DNA of 64,000 nucleotides, from positions 1,696,001 to 1,760,000 of the forward strand of contig CM000153.2 in NCBI GenBank assembly GCA_000004695.1, read 5' to 3'. The position numbers were made by a program, and so were the translations under genes. The DNA is from Dictyostelium discoideum. Lineage: Eukaryota. Below are positions 44,390 through 58,028 of this stretch, piece after piece. Position 1 is the stretch's first letter; every line of letters begins with the position of its first letter. A model generated the notes under the pieces. It was not told the DNA's origin. It saw only the letters and a list, made by a program, of their open reading frames with translations, and did no database searches.

Positions 44390-44908
44390 ATTGTTTTTAA
44401 ATTTAAATTTAATGATTGTCCAAATCCAACATCATGTTGTCCGGGTTATGGTATTTGTGAGGGTTTTAAAAGTGGTAGTGATAGTGGTAGTGGTAGTGGT
44501 AGTGGTGGTGAAAGTGGTAGTGGTAGAGATAGTAGTAGTGGTAGTAAGGAACAAATTTCAACTACTGGACCTCTAACCAGAGGATTTACAATTTCAGGTA
44601 CAGGTGGTACAGATTCAGTTCCAATTGATGCAAGCACAAATGTTCTCTGTCAACAAGGTGAACATTGTCAAGTTGATCAAGATGGAAGAGCACATTGTTA
44701 TTTTAATATTGAATCAATTGGCACACTTCCATTAGGTTCTTTAAATGTGGTTTGTCAACCACATCAACATTGTGAAATTGATAAAAATTCAGGTTTAGCT
44801 AATTGTGTATTAGATATTAATCCAATCCATGGATTCACTACAATCGATGCATCTTCAACAGTTGCTGGATCATCTTTAACAACAACTGGTGGTGCCAGTA
44901 CAAAATGA
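44390..44908 (+). CDS. secreted Cys-rich, Gly/Ser-rich protein (3' part; start unresolved), about 172 codons
   Basis: Open frame ..DCPNPTSCCPGYGICEGFKSGSDSGSGSGSGGESGSGRDSSSGS..CQQGEHCQVDQDGRAHCYFNIE..VVCQPHQHCEIDKNSGLANCVLDI..GGASTK*. Regular Cys spacing and a GS linker. Upstream, 44222..44388 carries a signal-peptide-like frame and a related Cys/Gly motif (ESPECSGNPSGIGYGGLVDTC), but in a different frame. Confidence 0.4.
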   Translation: MVFKFKFNDCPNPTSCCPGYGICEGFKSGSDSGSGSGSGGESGSGRDSSSGSKEQISTTGPLTRGFTISGTGGTDSVPIDASTNVLCQQGEHCQVDQDGRAHCYFNIESIGTLPLGSLNVVCQPHQHCEIDKNSGLANCVLDINPIHGFTTIDASSTVAGSSLTTTGGASTK

Positions 44909-45078
44909 ATAATAAATAATTAAATTCTAACAATAATAATAATAATAATTATTAGACTTTGATTAACCAAAAAAAAAAAAATTCGTAAAACAGAATGGTT
45001 ACATTTTTTATATTTTATATCATTTGGTGTATTTCAGGGTGTTCTATTTTCACGCTAATAGAAAATAAAATTAGATAA

Positions 45079-45119
<41 letters not shown>

Positions 45120-45476
45120 AAATTTGAATGTTTTTAACAATATTTCAATTTTTTTATTTTCATTTTCACCTTTTTTTTTTATTTTTTTATTTTTTTATTT
45201 TTTTTTTTCATTTTCATTAAATTTTTTTTTTTAATTATTTATTTAAATAAAAAAAAACATATACAATATATTAATTATATTATATATAATATATATATAT
45301 ATATATAATACGACCTTTGCTGTTTATATGAACATTAGATAGATAAATAGATAAACAATCACACACATATACATATATATATAAATCTCGAAAAATAGAT
45401 AAGTAAACAAAGTAGAAGAAAAAGAAGAAGAAGAAATATAAATATAAATTTCAAAAAAAAAAAAACAAAATCAAAC

Positions 45477-46568
45477 ATGGCAACGGAATCATCAAGAGAG
45501 TTAATGATCTCTTTGTTGAATGGTGCAAATAGTTCAGATAAAGATAGATCCGACCTTTTAGCAAGTTCATATGAACTTATTTTCCATAAAGAACCGATTC
45601 TATTGGATGAATTTTATAATAGTTTTGTTGAATTTGCATTAGATCGATCACAAGCAATCAAAAAACAAATTATACCATACATAGAATCAATTTGTAAAAA
45701 GTATCCAAAATGTAAATATAATCAAAATTTAATTTAAATCTTTATCATTTATATATATCATTTCATTTTCATTGCCCCACTTTTCCTAACACATATTCAT
45801 TGTCCTTCCCCTCCCCCTTCACTTTTGTATACAAATCATTAATCAAGTTTTAAGTAATAGCGAAGCAAATTTGAAAATATTATTAAATAGTGATAATAAA
45901 GCAATTGTAAAAAGAGTAATTTTATGTGTAACGAATTTAATTAGATCAACATTATCATTTTTGTAAGTGGATTAAAAATATGGTTTAATTTTAGGTTGCA
46001 CCCAATTATCAAACCCAATATATATATTATAATTTATACATTAGAATCTAATTTTAATTTTTTTAATAGATTACAACCTCAATCAAATTCAATAAATCAT
46101 GAGCAATTAATCAATATTTGGAATTCATTTAATTTTCTTAGAGGTTATATTGTAAATTTAAGTGCGTCAACAGAGGATGATTCAATAAAAACAAATGCAT
46201 ATAAAATGTTTGAAATTTTAATTTTATCATTTTCATCTCCTGGTGAATATAAGGTATGTACACCACCTGATTCATTATCATCATCATTCATTATTATATT
46301 GAAAAACTAATTCTCATACACACACACACATATGCATATATCTCATGTCTAGACAACGAAGAAATATAAATCTGATGAAGAATTTTCATTGGATAGAGTA
46401 CCATTTGATCATTCTATAATATCAAAACAATTATTACAAAAAGATTGCGAAGATTATTTAAATATTTTATTAGATGCAGCAAGAGATTTGAATAATATGT
46501 AAGAAATTATTTACAATTTACACATATAGAGATTATTTCTTCATTTTAAAAAAATCAATCAACCATAA

Positions 46569-46611
<43 letters not shown>

Positions 46612-47929
46612 CAATGAATATGTAATTACATAATGTTGATGATGATAATGATGATAATGATGATAATGATGATAATGATGATAATGATGATAATGATGAT
46701 AATGATGATAACGATGATGAATTTTGAAAGGAAATGAACTTGGAAATAGATTTTAATATTATTTTTTTATTTTTTTATTTATTTATTTTTTAATTTTTTT
46801 TTTATTATTATTTTGTGTTAGGACTAGCCAAAATATAATGATAATTGTAACATCATTAACGACAATAGCAAAACAAAGATTTTCAATGATTTCAAGGATT
46901 GTACCAATACTGTGTTCATGTCCGAATTTAATACCAGTTTTTCCAATAGTACAACAAGAAAGCGTTAGACATTCATTAAAAGTTTCATTATTATCAATAA
47001 TTCGTATAAAGAGAAAAGAACTATTATCACCATTCATTTCAGATTTAATTCAAGCATGTTCAAAAATTGATTCAAAAGATGCTGCTGATGAAGCTGCAAG
47101 ATGGTTTTATCATGATGAACCTGATAAAAAAGTAAATATAAATATAATTAATTATTAATTAAACTAAAATATACCCCTCCCCTTATTCAAATAACTAATT
47201 TTCCCAAAAATAAATTTCAAAAAAAGAAACGACATAACGAAGGTGGTCATGAATCTCATAAAAAAAAATCAAAGGTTGAACATGTTTATGGTGTTAATGA
47301 TAATGTAATAGAAAATAATAAAAACATAAAAAATAATCATAATAACGATAGTAATAATAATAATAACAACAACAATAATTTTAGTAACAATTTTAATAAT
47401 TTAAATAATAATTTTAATACCGGTTTTAATAATAATAATAATAATAACAATAATAATTTTAATAACAATAATTTTAATGAAATTAATAAGAATAATAATA
47501 ATATGTACAGTTCAAACTTTATTGAGAAACCAGGTTTAATTATTGATGATGAAACTCAAGCAAAGATTTTGTAAGTTTGCAATAAATGTATATAAAAAAA
47601 AAAAAAAAGGTAATTGGATGCATAAGTGTATTAATTTATATTTATATATATACATATTTATTTAAATAATTTAGAGCATCTATTGAACATCTTAGTCCAG
47701 AATTTGTAAGAGAACTTGTTATTGAAAATATGAGTCATGTTCCTTTGATTAGTTTATTACAAGGAATACCGTTTAATCAACAAACTAAAGAGTTATTTAA
47801 ATTTGTAGATTCTTATCAAAATAAACAGATTAAACCAATTCATTTCATAAGTCCATTAACACAACCAAATCCATTACAATCTATAAACAATACAAATTTA
47901 CCTCAATATCCTTCACCACCTTTAAAACC

Positions 47930-47984
<55 letters not shown>

Positions 47985-49783
47985 CCTCAACAAAATTCAC
48001 CACAAAATCAACCAACACCTTTCATATTATCACCACCAGTAAACAAATCTTTTAAACCACCACCATCATCCCAACAACCATCACCACCAATACTTCAACA
48101 ACAATCACCACCACAACAACCACCACAACAACTACCACCACAAATACCTCTACAACCACCACAACAATCAACACCACCAATTGTAGAAACTCAAATTAAA
48201 GTTAAAAAGGAAGAAGATAGCGATGACGAAGATGAAGAAAAACAACTACAAGAAGAAGAAGATGAAGATTTATTCTCAAAAGAAGCAATGGAAGAAGAAG
48301 AAGAAGATGATGAAGTTGATAAAATAATTAAAAAAGAAAATGAACAACAACAATTAAAAGAGAAAATGGAAAATTCAAATTCTATTAGTTCTTCATTATT
48401 TGGTGGTGGTGGTGGTGATAATAGTAACGGTAAGAGTGATGTTATACCATCATTTACACCAAGACCAACATTTAAAGCACCACCACTTTCAAAAGAGAAA
48501 CAAAAACATGTTGGGGAGAGTGCATTGGTTAGAATTAAAATATCAGAACCTGGTGTCATGGTTTGCGGTAAACATGATCTTTGGACTTCATTATTATCTC
48601 GTATACTTTCAATTAGACCCGATCAAGAAGAATTACAAGATCAATTTATAAAATTTATCACTCAAGATTTTAAAAATCATAGAGAATTAGCGCTTCAATG
48701 GTTATTCAATGAATTATATATTGCAAAACAAATTACACCAACAACAACTAAAAATCTTAATCCTGAATTAGAAAATAATAATAATAATAATAATAATGAA
48801 AATAATGAAAATAATGATAATTCAACCACTGAAGCATCAACAACAACAAATAAAAATAAAAAAGAACCAAATATGAAAAGATATTCAACTTTATTAAAAA
48901 AAATGATAAAACAAATGAGAAGTCATTTCCCAATTAAAGATACAACTATCGGATCATTTATATTAGATTTACCATTTATAACCAATCAATTATTACATTC
49001 TATAAATTGTAAGATTGTTGCTGAATCTCAAAGTTTAATTTATACAAGTGCAACTTGGGATATTAATAAAGTATTTTCAAATGAACATAATCAAATACCA
49101 ATTGCAAATGTTACAGCAAGTATAAAAGATCATCAAATTGATGAAAATGGTAATCAAATACCATTGACAGATGATGATATGGACGCAGCAGCAGCATCAT
49201 CATCACCATTACCTATTGATCCAAAGATATTACAAGATAAAGAGAATGAATGGTTACCAATTGGGTTGGGTATATTGAGAGATTTAATCATTTGGAGACC
49301 AAATGTACGTGAATATTGTATAAATAGTCTTTTAAAATTTTCAATTTCAAATGATGATTCAGTTCGTTCACCAACAATTAATTTAATTGCAAATCAAATC
49401 TATTCAAAACAATCTGCTACAGAACCAATTCAATTATTTGCAAAGGAACAAATCATTCATTTAATTGCAATCAAAGATATCGAAGATGAAATGGAAATTC
49501 AAAAATCAAAAGATGCTGCCATCATCTATAGTGAATTAATGAATCAAGATAATAATATCGATGATAATGCTATTAAAATTGAAGAAACTCAATCAATTGA
49601 AGATAAAAAAAAACATGAAGAATTTGAAAAAAATAAACAAAATCAAAAAGAAGAACAAGAACAACCAATGAAACTTGATAATCTAAATGATGATTCAAAT
49701 GTAGATATTAATACCAACACCACCAACACCACCACCACTACCCCCACAACAAATACAACCACAACAACATCAACATCGACATC

Positions 49784-49814
<31 letters not shown>

Positions 49815-50822
49815 GAATTAGAACAATCAATAGTACCAAAAGTTTTAACTAAAACTAGAGTAAAAGAAATTAAAAAGTTTATAGAAACAAGAGTTTCACT
49901 TTATTTTGCATTGATTATTAAAAATCATCAATTATTAACTGACCTTTTACAATTATATCCAAAATATGATGAAAATATTCAAGAGGTTGTTAAAAGACTA
50001 ACGACATGTGTAATTAAACATATTGGACAAAGTAGTGCTTCATTGTTACAAGTGATTTCAATTTGTCCAACTGGATCAGAGGAATTAACACTTGAAATTT
50101 TGAATGCATTGGTTTTAAATGAAAAACCATCCAGTGAATTGGTTGAATCTGTAAAAACCTTACTATTGACCAATGGCGATATTAGATTCCTTTTACCAGT
50201 GCTAACGGGTTTGAAGAAAGAAGAAGTTATCTCTAGACTACCATCATTCCTATCAATGCCAAATAAAACCGATACCAATCAATTCATTAGTGTTTTAGCA
50301 TCACCAGGCTCACCATTATCCGCTTCGGAATTATTAGTTCAAATTCATTTGACACCTGATTCCTTAACTATGAAATCAATGGAAGCTATCGATTTTTGTT
50401 TAGATATGGAAGATATTTTCAAACAAGAGATTGTCGCTGCCACCATAAATCAATTGATGGCTCAGGCTCAGCTACCAAAGTTATTCATGAGAACTATCTT
50501 AAAGACCCTTCAAAAATATCCACGTCTAAAGATTTTCATCGTTGAGATTTTAGGTCGTTTAGTTGCTAGACAAGTTTGGAAGGATAAAACTTTATGGGAT
50601 GGTTTCATTCGTTGTACAAAATTGGCAAAACCAGAATCACTAGAGGTTATACTTCAATTACCACCAACTCAATTCGAAGATGCAATCAATCATGAAAAAC
50701 ATCGTGATCTCAAATCAATCATTATCAAACATTTACAATCAAGTAAAGAAAATGAAATTAGATATCCAAAACAAAATTTAAAAACTTTGAATTGGGAAAA
50801 ACATTCAACCACTTCAAAATAA
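45477..50822 (+). CDS. symplekin homolog (mRNA 3'-end processing scaffold); 7 exons, about 1493 aa
   Basis: Exons: 45477..45711, 45848..45962, 46070..46253, 46343..46488, 46822..47131, 47227..47570, 47675..50822; phases 1/2/0/2/0/2, total 4482 nt. N-terminal HEAT region ELIFHKEPILLDEFYNSFVEFALDRSQAIKKQIIPYIESICKK (human [43 protein letters not shown]). Also LNSDNKAIVKRVILCVTNL ; FSLDRVPFDHSII ; LTTIAKQRFSMISRIVPILCSCPNLIPVFPIVQQESVRHSLKVSLLSII. The conserved C-terminal domain gives ..FLLPVLTGLKKEEVISRLPSFL.. . Intron 4 carries (CAAT)n 46571..46617 and (GATGATAAT)n 46636..46720. The exon 1/2 junction is uncertain to +/- a few nt. Confidence 0.8.
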
Positions 50823-51282
50823 TTAAACTTTTTTTTTTAAAAAAAAAAAAATAAAATAAAATAACTTTTTCAAGTTTTAAAGTTAGTTTTAATAGTTTTT
50901 TTATAAAATATAATAATAAAAAGATTTTTTTTTAAAAACAAAAAAAAAAAAAAAATATTTTAATTTTTAATTTATTAAGTTTATTGTGGACGATTTTATT
51001 TTTTCCTTCTAAATTTGGATTTTGATTTGAAGTTTGAAATTTTAGATCATGATTTTTGACAGTTTAAGCCCAAACAAACTTTAAAAGAAAATAAAAAAAA
51101 AAAAAAAGATATTAATAGATATTATCTTAGACGTAGAAATAGATAATTTCGAACACTAATTTATTGAAATCATAAACGGAAGTTGCTGATCCATTCATTT
51201 ATGACTTTTTTTTTTTTATCAATAATCCGTATCTAGTTTAATTTTTATTTTTTTTATTTATTTTTTTTTTTTTTTATTTGTT

Positions 51283-51316
<34 letters not shown>

Positions 51317-51465
51317 AAGGGGATTCATATATGGGTGCTCGATATTATAAAAATCTTATGAGAAATAATGTATTGGTTGAATTTTTTTTTTTTTTTATTT
51401 TTTTTATTTTGGAAAAAAAAAAAAAATAAAAACTAATTTATAATCCATAATTTATAATCCATAAT

Positions 51466-51602
51466 TTATAATCCATTTAAAGAATTGGAAGGTTTTTCAG
51501 TTTCCAATCCATTCTTTTTTCCATTGATTGCACTGTTATTTCCTAATCTATCTGGTGATGGATTTCTATTTCTACTTCCACTTCTACTTCTATTTCCGTT
51601 TG

Positions 51603-51643
<41 letters not shown>

Positions 51644-51842
51644 GGTTTATTTAAACCATTTCTACTGGTACTTCTTGATCTATCTCTTCCGTTACCATTT
51701 CTTGTACCACTACTACTTCTATCTCTTTCTCTTCTATATCTATTTTCTTTGGATGGTGATCGGTTTCTTTTATTTCTGTCTCTAGAGGATGAACGATTTC
51801 TTTTATTATTACCATTACTATTACTATTATTATTATTATTAA

Positions 51843-51876
<34 letters not shown>

Positions 51877-52339
51877 TCCATTACCATTACCATTACCATT
51901 ACCATTACCATTTCCATTACCATTGTTATTATTTCTTGAATTTGATCTGTCTCTTTCCCTTTCTCTTGATCTATCCCTTGATCTGTCTCTTGATCTGTCT
52001 CTATCTCTTGATCTATCTCTATCTCTTGATCTATCTCTTGATCTATCTCTATCTCTTGATCTATCCCTTGATCTGTCTCTATCATCTCTTCTTCTATTAT
52101 CTCTTGAACGTGAACGAGATCTTGATCTATCTCTTTCTCTTCTTTTATCACTACGTCTTCTATCATCACGTCTTCTATCTCTGTCTCTTGATCTATCTCT
52201 AGAACGTGATCTTGATCTTTCACGATGATATGGATTATATCTTGAGTTTTTCTTTCCTCCACTTTTATATTTTTTTTTTAAAAATTAAAAATAAGAAGAT
52301 AATTAATAAAGATGGATAATAAAAAAAAAATTATAAAAA

Positions 52340-52372
<33 letters not shown>

Positions 52373-52910
52373 AAAAAAAATAAAAAAAAAAAAAAAAAAA
52401 AAAAAGAGATAAATAAAAAGAGAATTTAATAAAATTTAAATTAAATTAATAAATTAAAAAATTAAAAAAAGAAAAAAAATATAAAATAAAATTGTTTACT
52501 TACTTTGGACAACTTCTGGCCCAATGTCCCTCTTCATTACACATGAAACATTTGCCACTGCTGCTATCTGGTCTTTTAATACCTTTACTACTATTACTTA
52601 ATTCGACAATAATATTTCTACCAAGGAAATTTTGTTTATGTTCACTATTAATTGCATCATCTGCTGAAGCTTTATCAAAGTATTCCTATTTTTTTTTTTT
52701 TTTTTTTTTTTTTTCAATAAAAAAATATATATTTTAGTTTGTATAATTTTTTTTTTAAAAAAAAAAAAAAAAAAAAAATTGTATACTTACAATAAAACAA
52801 AAACCTTTTCTAAGTTCTAGTCTATCTATTTTTCCAAACTTTGAGAATCTACCATATAAATCATCTTCTCTTGCGTCATGATTCAATCTTCCGATATATA
52901 TTTTTGACAT
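51466..52910 (-). CDS. SR-family splicing factor (RRM + CCHC zinc knuckle + RD/RS domain; SRSF7/9G8-like); 3 exons, 365 aa
   Basis: Exons (minus strand): 52910..52791 (MSKIYIGRLNHDAREDDLYGRFSKFGKIDRLELRKGFCFI, RNP2+RNP1, donor ATT|GTAAGT), 52685..52504 (EYFDKASADDAI..GKCFMCNEEGHWARSCPK), 52261..51466 (RS/RD-repeat domain (RDRS)n, then (NG)n and poly-N, ending ..NSLNGL*). The ORF-track entry 51651..52262 is the same DNA in the wrong frame (acidic DQEIE reading). Confidence 0.8.
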
Positions 52911-53403
52911 TGGTTCTTTAAATTACTACCTGTATAAATTGTGGTAATAATAATAATAATGTACAACACACAATCAATCCACTAAAACAAAAATAAGAGA
53001 ATGCAAAAAAAAAAAAAAAAAAAAAAAAAGAAATAAAAAAAATAGAAATAAAAATAAATAAATATTTATATGTTATAAGAGAAGAAAGATGTGGACAAGA
53101 AAAAAAAAAAAAAAAGAAAAAAAAAGAAATAATCGTTATTAAAAAATTGAAAAAAAAGTTTTTTTTTTTTTTTTTTAAATTTTTAAATTTTTTTTTTTTT
53201 GAAGATTAAAAACTTTGATATAAGGAACTTTTTAACTATAAAAAAAAAAAAAAATTTTTAAAAAAAAAAAAAAAATAGTCAAAAATTTTTTTTTTTAATA
53301 TAAAATAAATAATGTTTATTATTATTTTTTTCCAACAATAATACACATACCAGGATTATATAATAAAATAATTTGAAGGGGCAATATAAAATTAATTTAA
53401 AAT

Positions 53404-53434
<31 letters not shown>

Positions 53435-53511
53435 GGAAAATTCCAACAAAATATCTTTTTTTTTTTTTTTTTTTTTTATTTTCAAAAATAAAAAATCAAA
53501 AAGTCAAAAGC

Positions 53512-53553
<42 letters not shown>

Positions 53554-53569
53554 GATTTCGTGATTGATT

Positions 53570-55523
53570 ATGTCAAATCATGATAATAATAATAATACCA
53601 CCTCAGTGAATAACAATGGTAATAGTATAAAAACAATTAAAGAGAATATTCAAGCATGTATGGAGATATATTATCATTTAAAGAGTACATTGGGACCTTT
53701 TGGTAGAGATAAATTAATAGTTGACAAGAATAATAATTATCTATCAACCAATGACGGAGCAACAATATTACAATATTTAAAAATTACACACCCAGCACCA
53801 AGATTATTAATTGGTATTGCAAAATCACAAGATGAAACAGTTGGTGATGGTACCACAAGTGTAGTTTTATTAACATGTATTTTATTACAAAATGCTTTAA
53901 AATTTATATTATTATCAATTCATCCAATTATATTTATCAAGGTACATACCTATATCTATATTTAATATCAATTTTTATTTTTTATTTTATTGTATTAATT
54001 ATAATTTAATTTTTTTTTTAATTTTTTTCTTAATTTTTTAGGGTTATCAAATTTCATTAGATTTTTGTTTAAATGTAATTAATGAAATTAAAATATCACC
54101 AATAAAAGATAATAAAAATAATGAAGAGATTTTAAAAAAAGAGGAAATATTTGAAAATGAAGAATTTTTAAAACATTTATATTCAGTTGCATCTACATCA
54201 ATATCATCTAAAATTTTAGCAAGATATAGTGATCATTTTTCAAAGATTGGCGTTGAAGCAGTTAAAAGATTAAAATTCAATGAAACACAAGATTTAATTA
54301 GAGTTATTGGTATCACTGGAAATTCAATGTTAGAATCACAATTAATAGATGGAATATTATTAGAAATTGATAGAAATCAATTAACCACTTTTAAAATTGA
54401 TCAACAACAACAACAAAGCAACAACAACAACAACAACAATAAAGAAAATGAAAAAATTAAATCAATTTTAAAGAATCCATCAATTATTATTGGTAAATTA
54501 CAATTGAATAAAACTTCTTCAAATCAATTCCAAGGTTTAAATTTATCAATTCCACATTATCATGATAATAATAATAAAAATAATAATAATAATTATAATG
54601 ATCAAAATAAAGAACAAAGAGATAAAATTGAACTATTAATAAAAAAAGGAATAAACATTGTAATAAGTGATACGGAAATATCACCATGGATTGAATTAAT
54701 TTTTAAAGAAAATAATATATTATACTTTAATATTCCAGATAGTAGAGAATTGGAAATTATATCACATTGTATTAATTGTTCATTAATTTATGATCTTTCG
54801 TCATTGTCATTATTAGAAGATGAAAAAGAAAAACAATCATCAATGATATCAAAACCAAATTCAATTGAAATTTTACCAATTGGCGATAAATTCTTTTTAA
54901 AAATTTCATTAAATGGTGATGATGATGATGATGATGATGATAATAATAATAATAATAATAAACAATTATTATCATCAAATGGAGCTACAATGTTATTAAG
55001 ATCACCAACTGATACAATGTTACAAGAATGTATTAGATCATTTAAAGATATGTTAAACATTTTATCAGCAACAGTTAGAAATCCATATTTAATTGGTGGT
55101 GGTGGTTGTACCTATATTGAATTATCAAAAAGATTAAGAAATAAAGCAAATGAGTTTATAACTGATGAAAAATTATTAATTTCAATTAATTGTTTTGCTG
55201 ATTCCTTGGAAATGATACCAATGATTTTAATTCAAAATGCAGGATATGATAGTTTAGATTTATTAGGTAAATTGAAATTAGTTCATAAATCAACATCAAC
55301 CACAAATACAACTACAAATCCTTTAAATAATATTTGGAAAGGTGTAAATTTAAATGATGGTACTATAGTGGATATGATATCAGATTTAAATGTAAAAGAA
55401 CCATCTTTCCTTCTTTCAAATATTTTAACTTTATCAAGTAGAGCTGCTCAAATGATTTTAAGAATAAATAATAATATTTTCATTGAACCAAGATCACAAT
55501 TTAAAATTCCAAATCAATTATAA
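53570..55523 (+). CDS. divergent group II chaperonin-like protein (TCP-1/cpn60 superfamily; not a canonical CCT subunit); 2 exons, about 617 aa
   Basis: Exons: 53570..53941 and 54042..55523 (donor AAG|GTACAT, acceptor ttttag). The true start is ATG at 53570; the track ORF starts at an in-frame TTG. The equatorial ATP-site block is GPFGRDKLIV..NDGATILQYL..HPAPRLLIGIAKSQDETVGDGTTSVVLL and the C-terminal block is IGGGGCTYIELSKRL. The remainder is weakly conserved with poly-N/poly-D insertions. Confidence 0.6.
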
Positions 55524-55733
55524 AAAAGAAATAAAATAAAATAAAATAAAATAAAATTTTATTTGTATATTTATATGTATATATATGTATATATTTAGTA
55601 GTATAGCATTTCTTTATTGTTTTTTTTTTTTTTATTTTTTTTAGTTGGAGCGTAATGTTATTATAATTATTATAATAATTATTTTATTTTTGATTACCAT
55701 TTATTATTATTTATTTATTTATTTATTTATTTT

Positions 55734-58028
55734 TTATGAAGAAGCATTAATTGATTCTTTTGGTTGATTATTAATATTTTTTGGTTCTTCAGTTTTATTA
55801 TTAAAAGGACGTGGACCTAAGACAGCTTCAACTTCTTCAAAGTGAATAACTTCTTTTTCAAGTAATAAATTAGCTACAGAAATTAAACCTTCTCTATGTT
55901 CTTGTAAGACTTGAGTGGTACGATCATAAGCGGATTTAAGTAATTTTCTAACCTCTTCATCCATGACTTCAGCAGTTTCTTCACTGTAAGGTTTGGTTAA
56001 ATCAGAACCATCTTGACCTTTTTGATAGGATAATGGACCTATTTTTTCATTCATACCATAGATTGAGACTTGAGAGTAAGCCATTTTAGTGATTTTCTCA
56101 AGATCATCTTGAGCACCAGTTGTAATGGTACCAAAGGTTAATTGTTCAGCTACACGACCACCTAAAGCCATACACATCATATCAAAGATTTGTTCTTGAT
56201 TTTGAAGGAATTGCTCCTTTGGAAGATATTGAGCATAACCTAGAGCGGCAACACCTCTTGGTACAATTGAAACTTTCAATAGTGGATGACAATGTTTGAG
56301 GAACCAACTTACGACGGCATGACCAGCTTCATGATATGCAACTGTTCTCTTTTCAGTTGGAGATAAAACTTTATTCTTTTTCTCTAAACCACCAATAACA
56401 CGATCGACGGCAGCATCGAAGTGTTCCAAAGTGATGATTTCAGCATGTCTACGAGCGGCAATGAGGGCGGCTTCATTACAAACGTTGGCAATATCGGCAC
56501 CACTGAAACCTGGAGTTAATTTTGATAATCTTTCAGCGTAGTTTATTGATTTATCCAAAAGTAATGCGGCTAAATGTACTCTAAAGATCTCTTCTCTACT
56601 CTTTAGATCTGGATTATCGATTGTGATTTGTCTGTCGAATCTGCCAGGTCTAAGTAATGCCTTGTCCAAGATATCAGGTCTATTGGTTGCAGCGAGTACA
56701 ACAACATTCTTCAATGGTTTAAAACCATCCATTTCAACCAACAATTGATTTAATGTATTCTCACGTTCATCATTCGAACCAGAGAAACCACCTTTACCTC
56801 TTGCTCTACCAACTGCATCAATTTCATCGATGAATACAATACATGGTGCATTCTTTCTAGCCTGTTCAAATAGATCTCTAACACGTGATGGACCAACACC
56901 AACAAACATCTCTACGAAATCTGAACCACTTGTAGAATAGAATGGTACATTTGCTTCACCAGCGGTTGCTTTAGCAATCAAAGTTTTACCAGTACCTGGT
57001 GGACCAACTAAAATAGCACCTCTTGGTATCTTTGCACCAATGTCATGGAATTTCTTTGGATTCTTTAAAAAGTTTACAAATTCTTCAATCTCAACTTTAG
57101 CTTCACCAAGACCTGCTACATCGCTAAATTTAACAGTTGATGTTGATTTTTCAAATTTATTTGCTGTACTTTTACCTTGTGAAAACATTTTATTTGATTT
57201 AATTGATCTAAATGTTCTAAAAATTAAATAACCAATAATTGCATATGGTATAACTTGAATCAATGCTACTCTTGGGTCGAAATATTCATGATATGAAATT
57301 GGTATAAATTGTGATTTTGGAATACCTAAATCAGATTGAACTTTTTCAACTTGTTCTTCAAATACTTTCTTATCACCAATTTTGAAAGAATTGGTTATGC
57401 TATAAGTTACACCATCATCATTTAATTTATAAGTATTTGCATAACCATCAGTGACAACGATTTTAGATGGTTTATTCTCACTTAATTCATCTAAAAATTC
57501 ACTAAATTTAATTTCGTTTCCTTCTTCTGTATTTGGTCTAAAAAGTGATAATATAACACCAATTGATATAACTGTAATTAAATATTTCTTAAATTCTGGT
57601 GAATTCATTTGTTGCATAAAACTTTCATCTTTATTATCTTTATTATCTTTATTATCTTTATTATCTTTATTATCTTTATTATCTTTATTATTATTGTTGC
57701 CTTTGTTGTTGTTGTTGTCGTTACCAGTTTCTTTTTCTTTTTTTTCGAAATTACCCCATCCTTCTGATTTAAAAATTGAATCTTTTATTGACTTTATACT
57801 GAATGAAGGTGATGTTATATATTCATTATTAAAAAATCTATTTAAAATACTTGTTTGATTTTCATTTTCATTTTGATTTTTAAATAGATTATTATTACTT
57901 GAAAAGTTACATTTAATATTATTACTATATTGTTGTTTTGAAAATAATGAAGTTTGTGTTATTGTAATTGGTTTTTTTATTTTTTCATATGATTTTATAA
58001 GGTTTCTATTACGAATAATAGATGCCAT
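55734..58028 (-). CDS. mitochondrial inner-membrane m-AAA protease (FtsH/AFG3L2/paraplegin/Yta10-12 family), 764 aa
   Basis: Single exon. N-terminal targeting/low-complexity region, TM segment, then an AAA module ([34 protein letters not shown]) and an M41 peptidase with HEAGHAVV. Confidence 0.9.
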   Translation of the reverse strand: MASIIRNRNLIKSYEKIKKPITITQTSLFSKQQYSNNIKCNFSSNNNLFKNQNENENQTSILNRFFNNEYITSPSFSIKSIKDSIFKSEGWGNFEKKEKETGNDNNNNKGNNNNKDNKDNKDNKDNKDNKDNKDESFMQQMNSPEFKKYLITVISIGVILSLFRPNTEEGNEIKFSEFLDELSENKPSKIVVTDGYANTYKLNDDGVTYSITNSFKIGDKKVFEEQVEKVQSDLGIPKSQFIPISYHEYFDPRVALIQVIPYAIIGYLIFRTFRSIKSNKMFSQGKSTANKFEKSTSTVKFSDVAGLGEAKVEIEEFVNFLKNPKKFHDIGAKIPRGAILVGPPGTGKTLIAKATAGEANVPFYSTSGSDFVEMFVGVGPSRVRDLFEQARKNAPCIVFIDEIDAVGRARGKGGFSGSNDERENTLNQLLVEMDGFKPLKNVVVLAATNRPDILDKALLRPGRFDRQITIDNPDLKSREEIFRVHLAALLLDKSINYAERLSKLTPGFSGADIANVCNEAALIAARRHAEIITLEHFDAAVDRVIGGLEKKNKVLSPTEKRTVAYHEAGHAVVSWFLKHCHPLLKVSIVPRGVAALGYAQYLPKEQFLQNQEQIFDMMCMALGGRVAEQLTFGTITTGAQDDLEKITKMAYSQVSIYGMNEKIGPLSYQKGQDGSDLTKPYSEETAEVMDEEVRKLLKSAYDRTTQVLQEHREGLISVANLLLEKEVIHFEEVEAVLGPRPFNNKTEEPKNINNQPKESINASS

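Noticed and set aside
51651-52262. Acidic 203-aa ORF (DQEIEIDQE..)
   Set aside because: Same DNA as the RS domain of the SR protein read one base out of frame. The RD/RS frame links to the RRM and CCHC exons.
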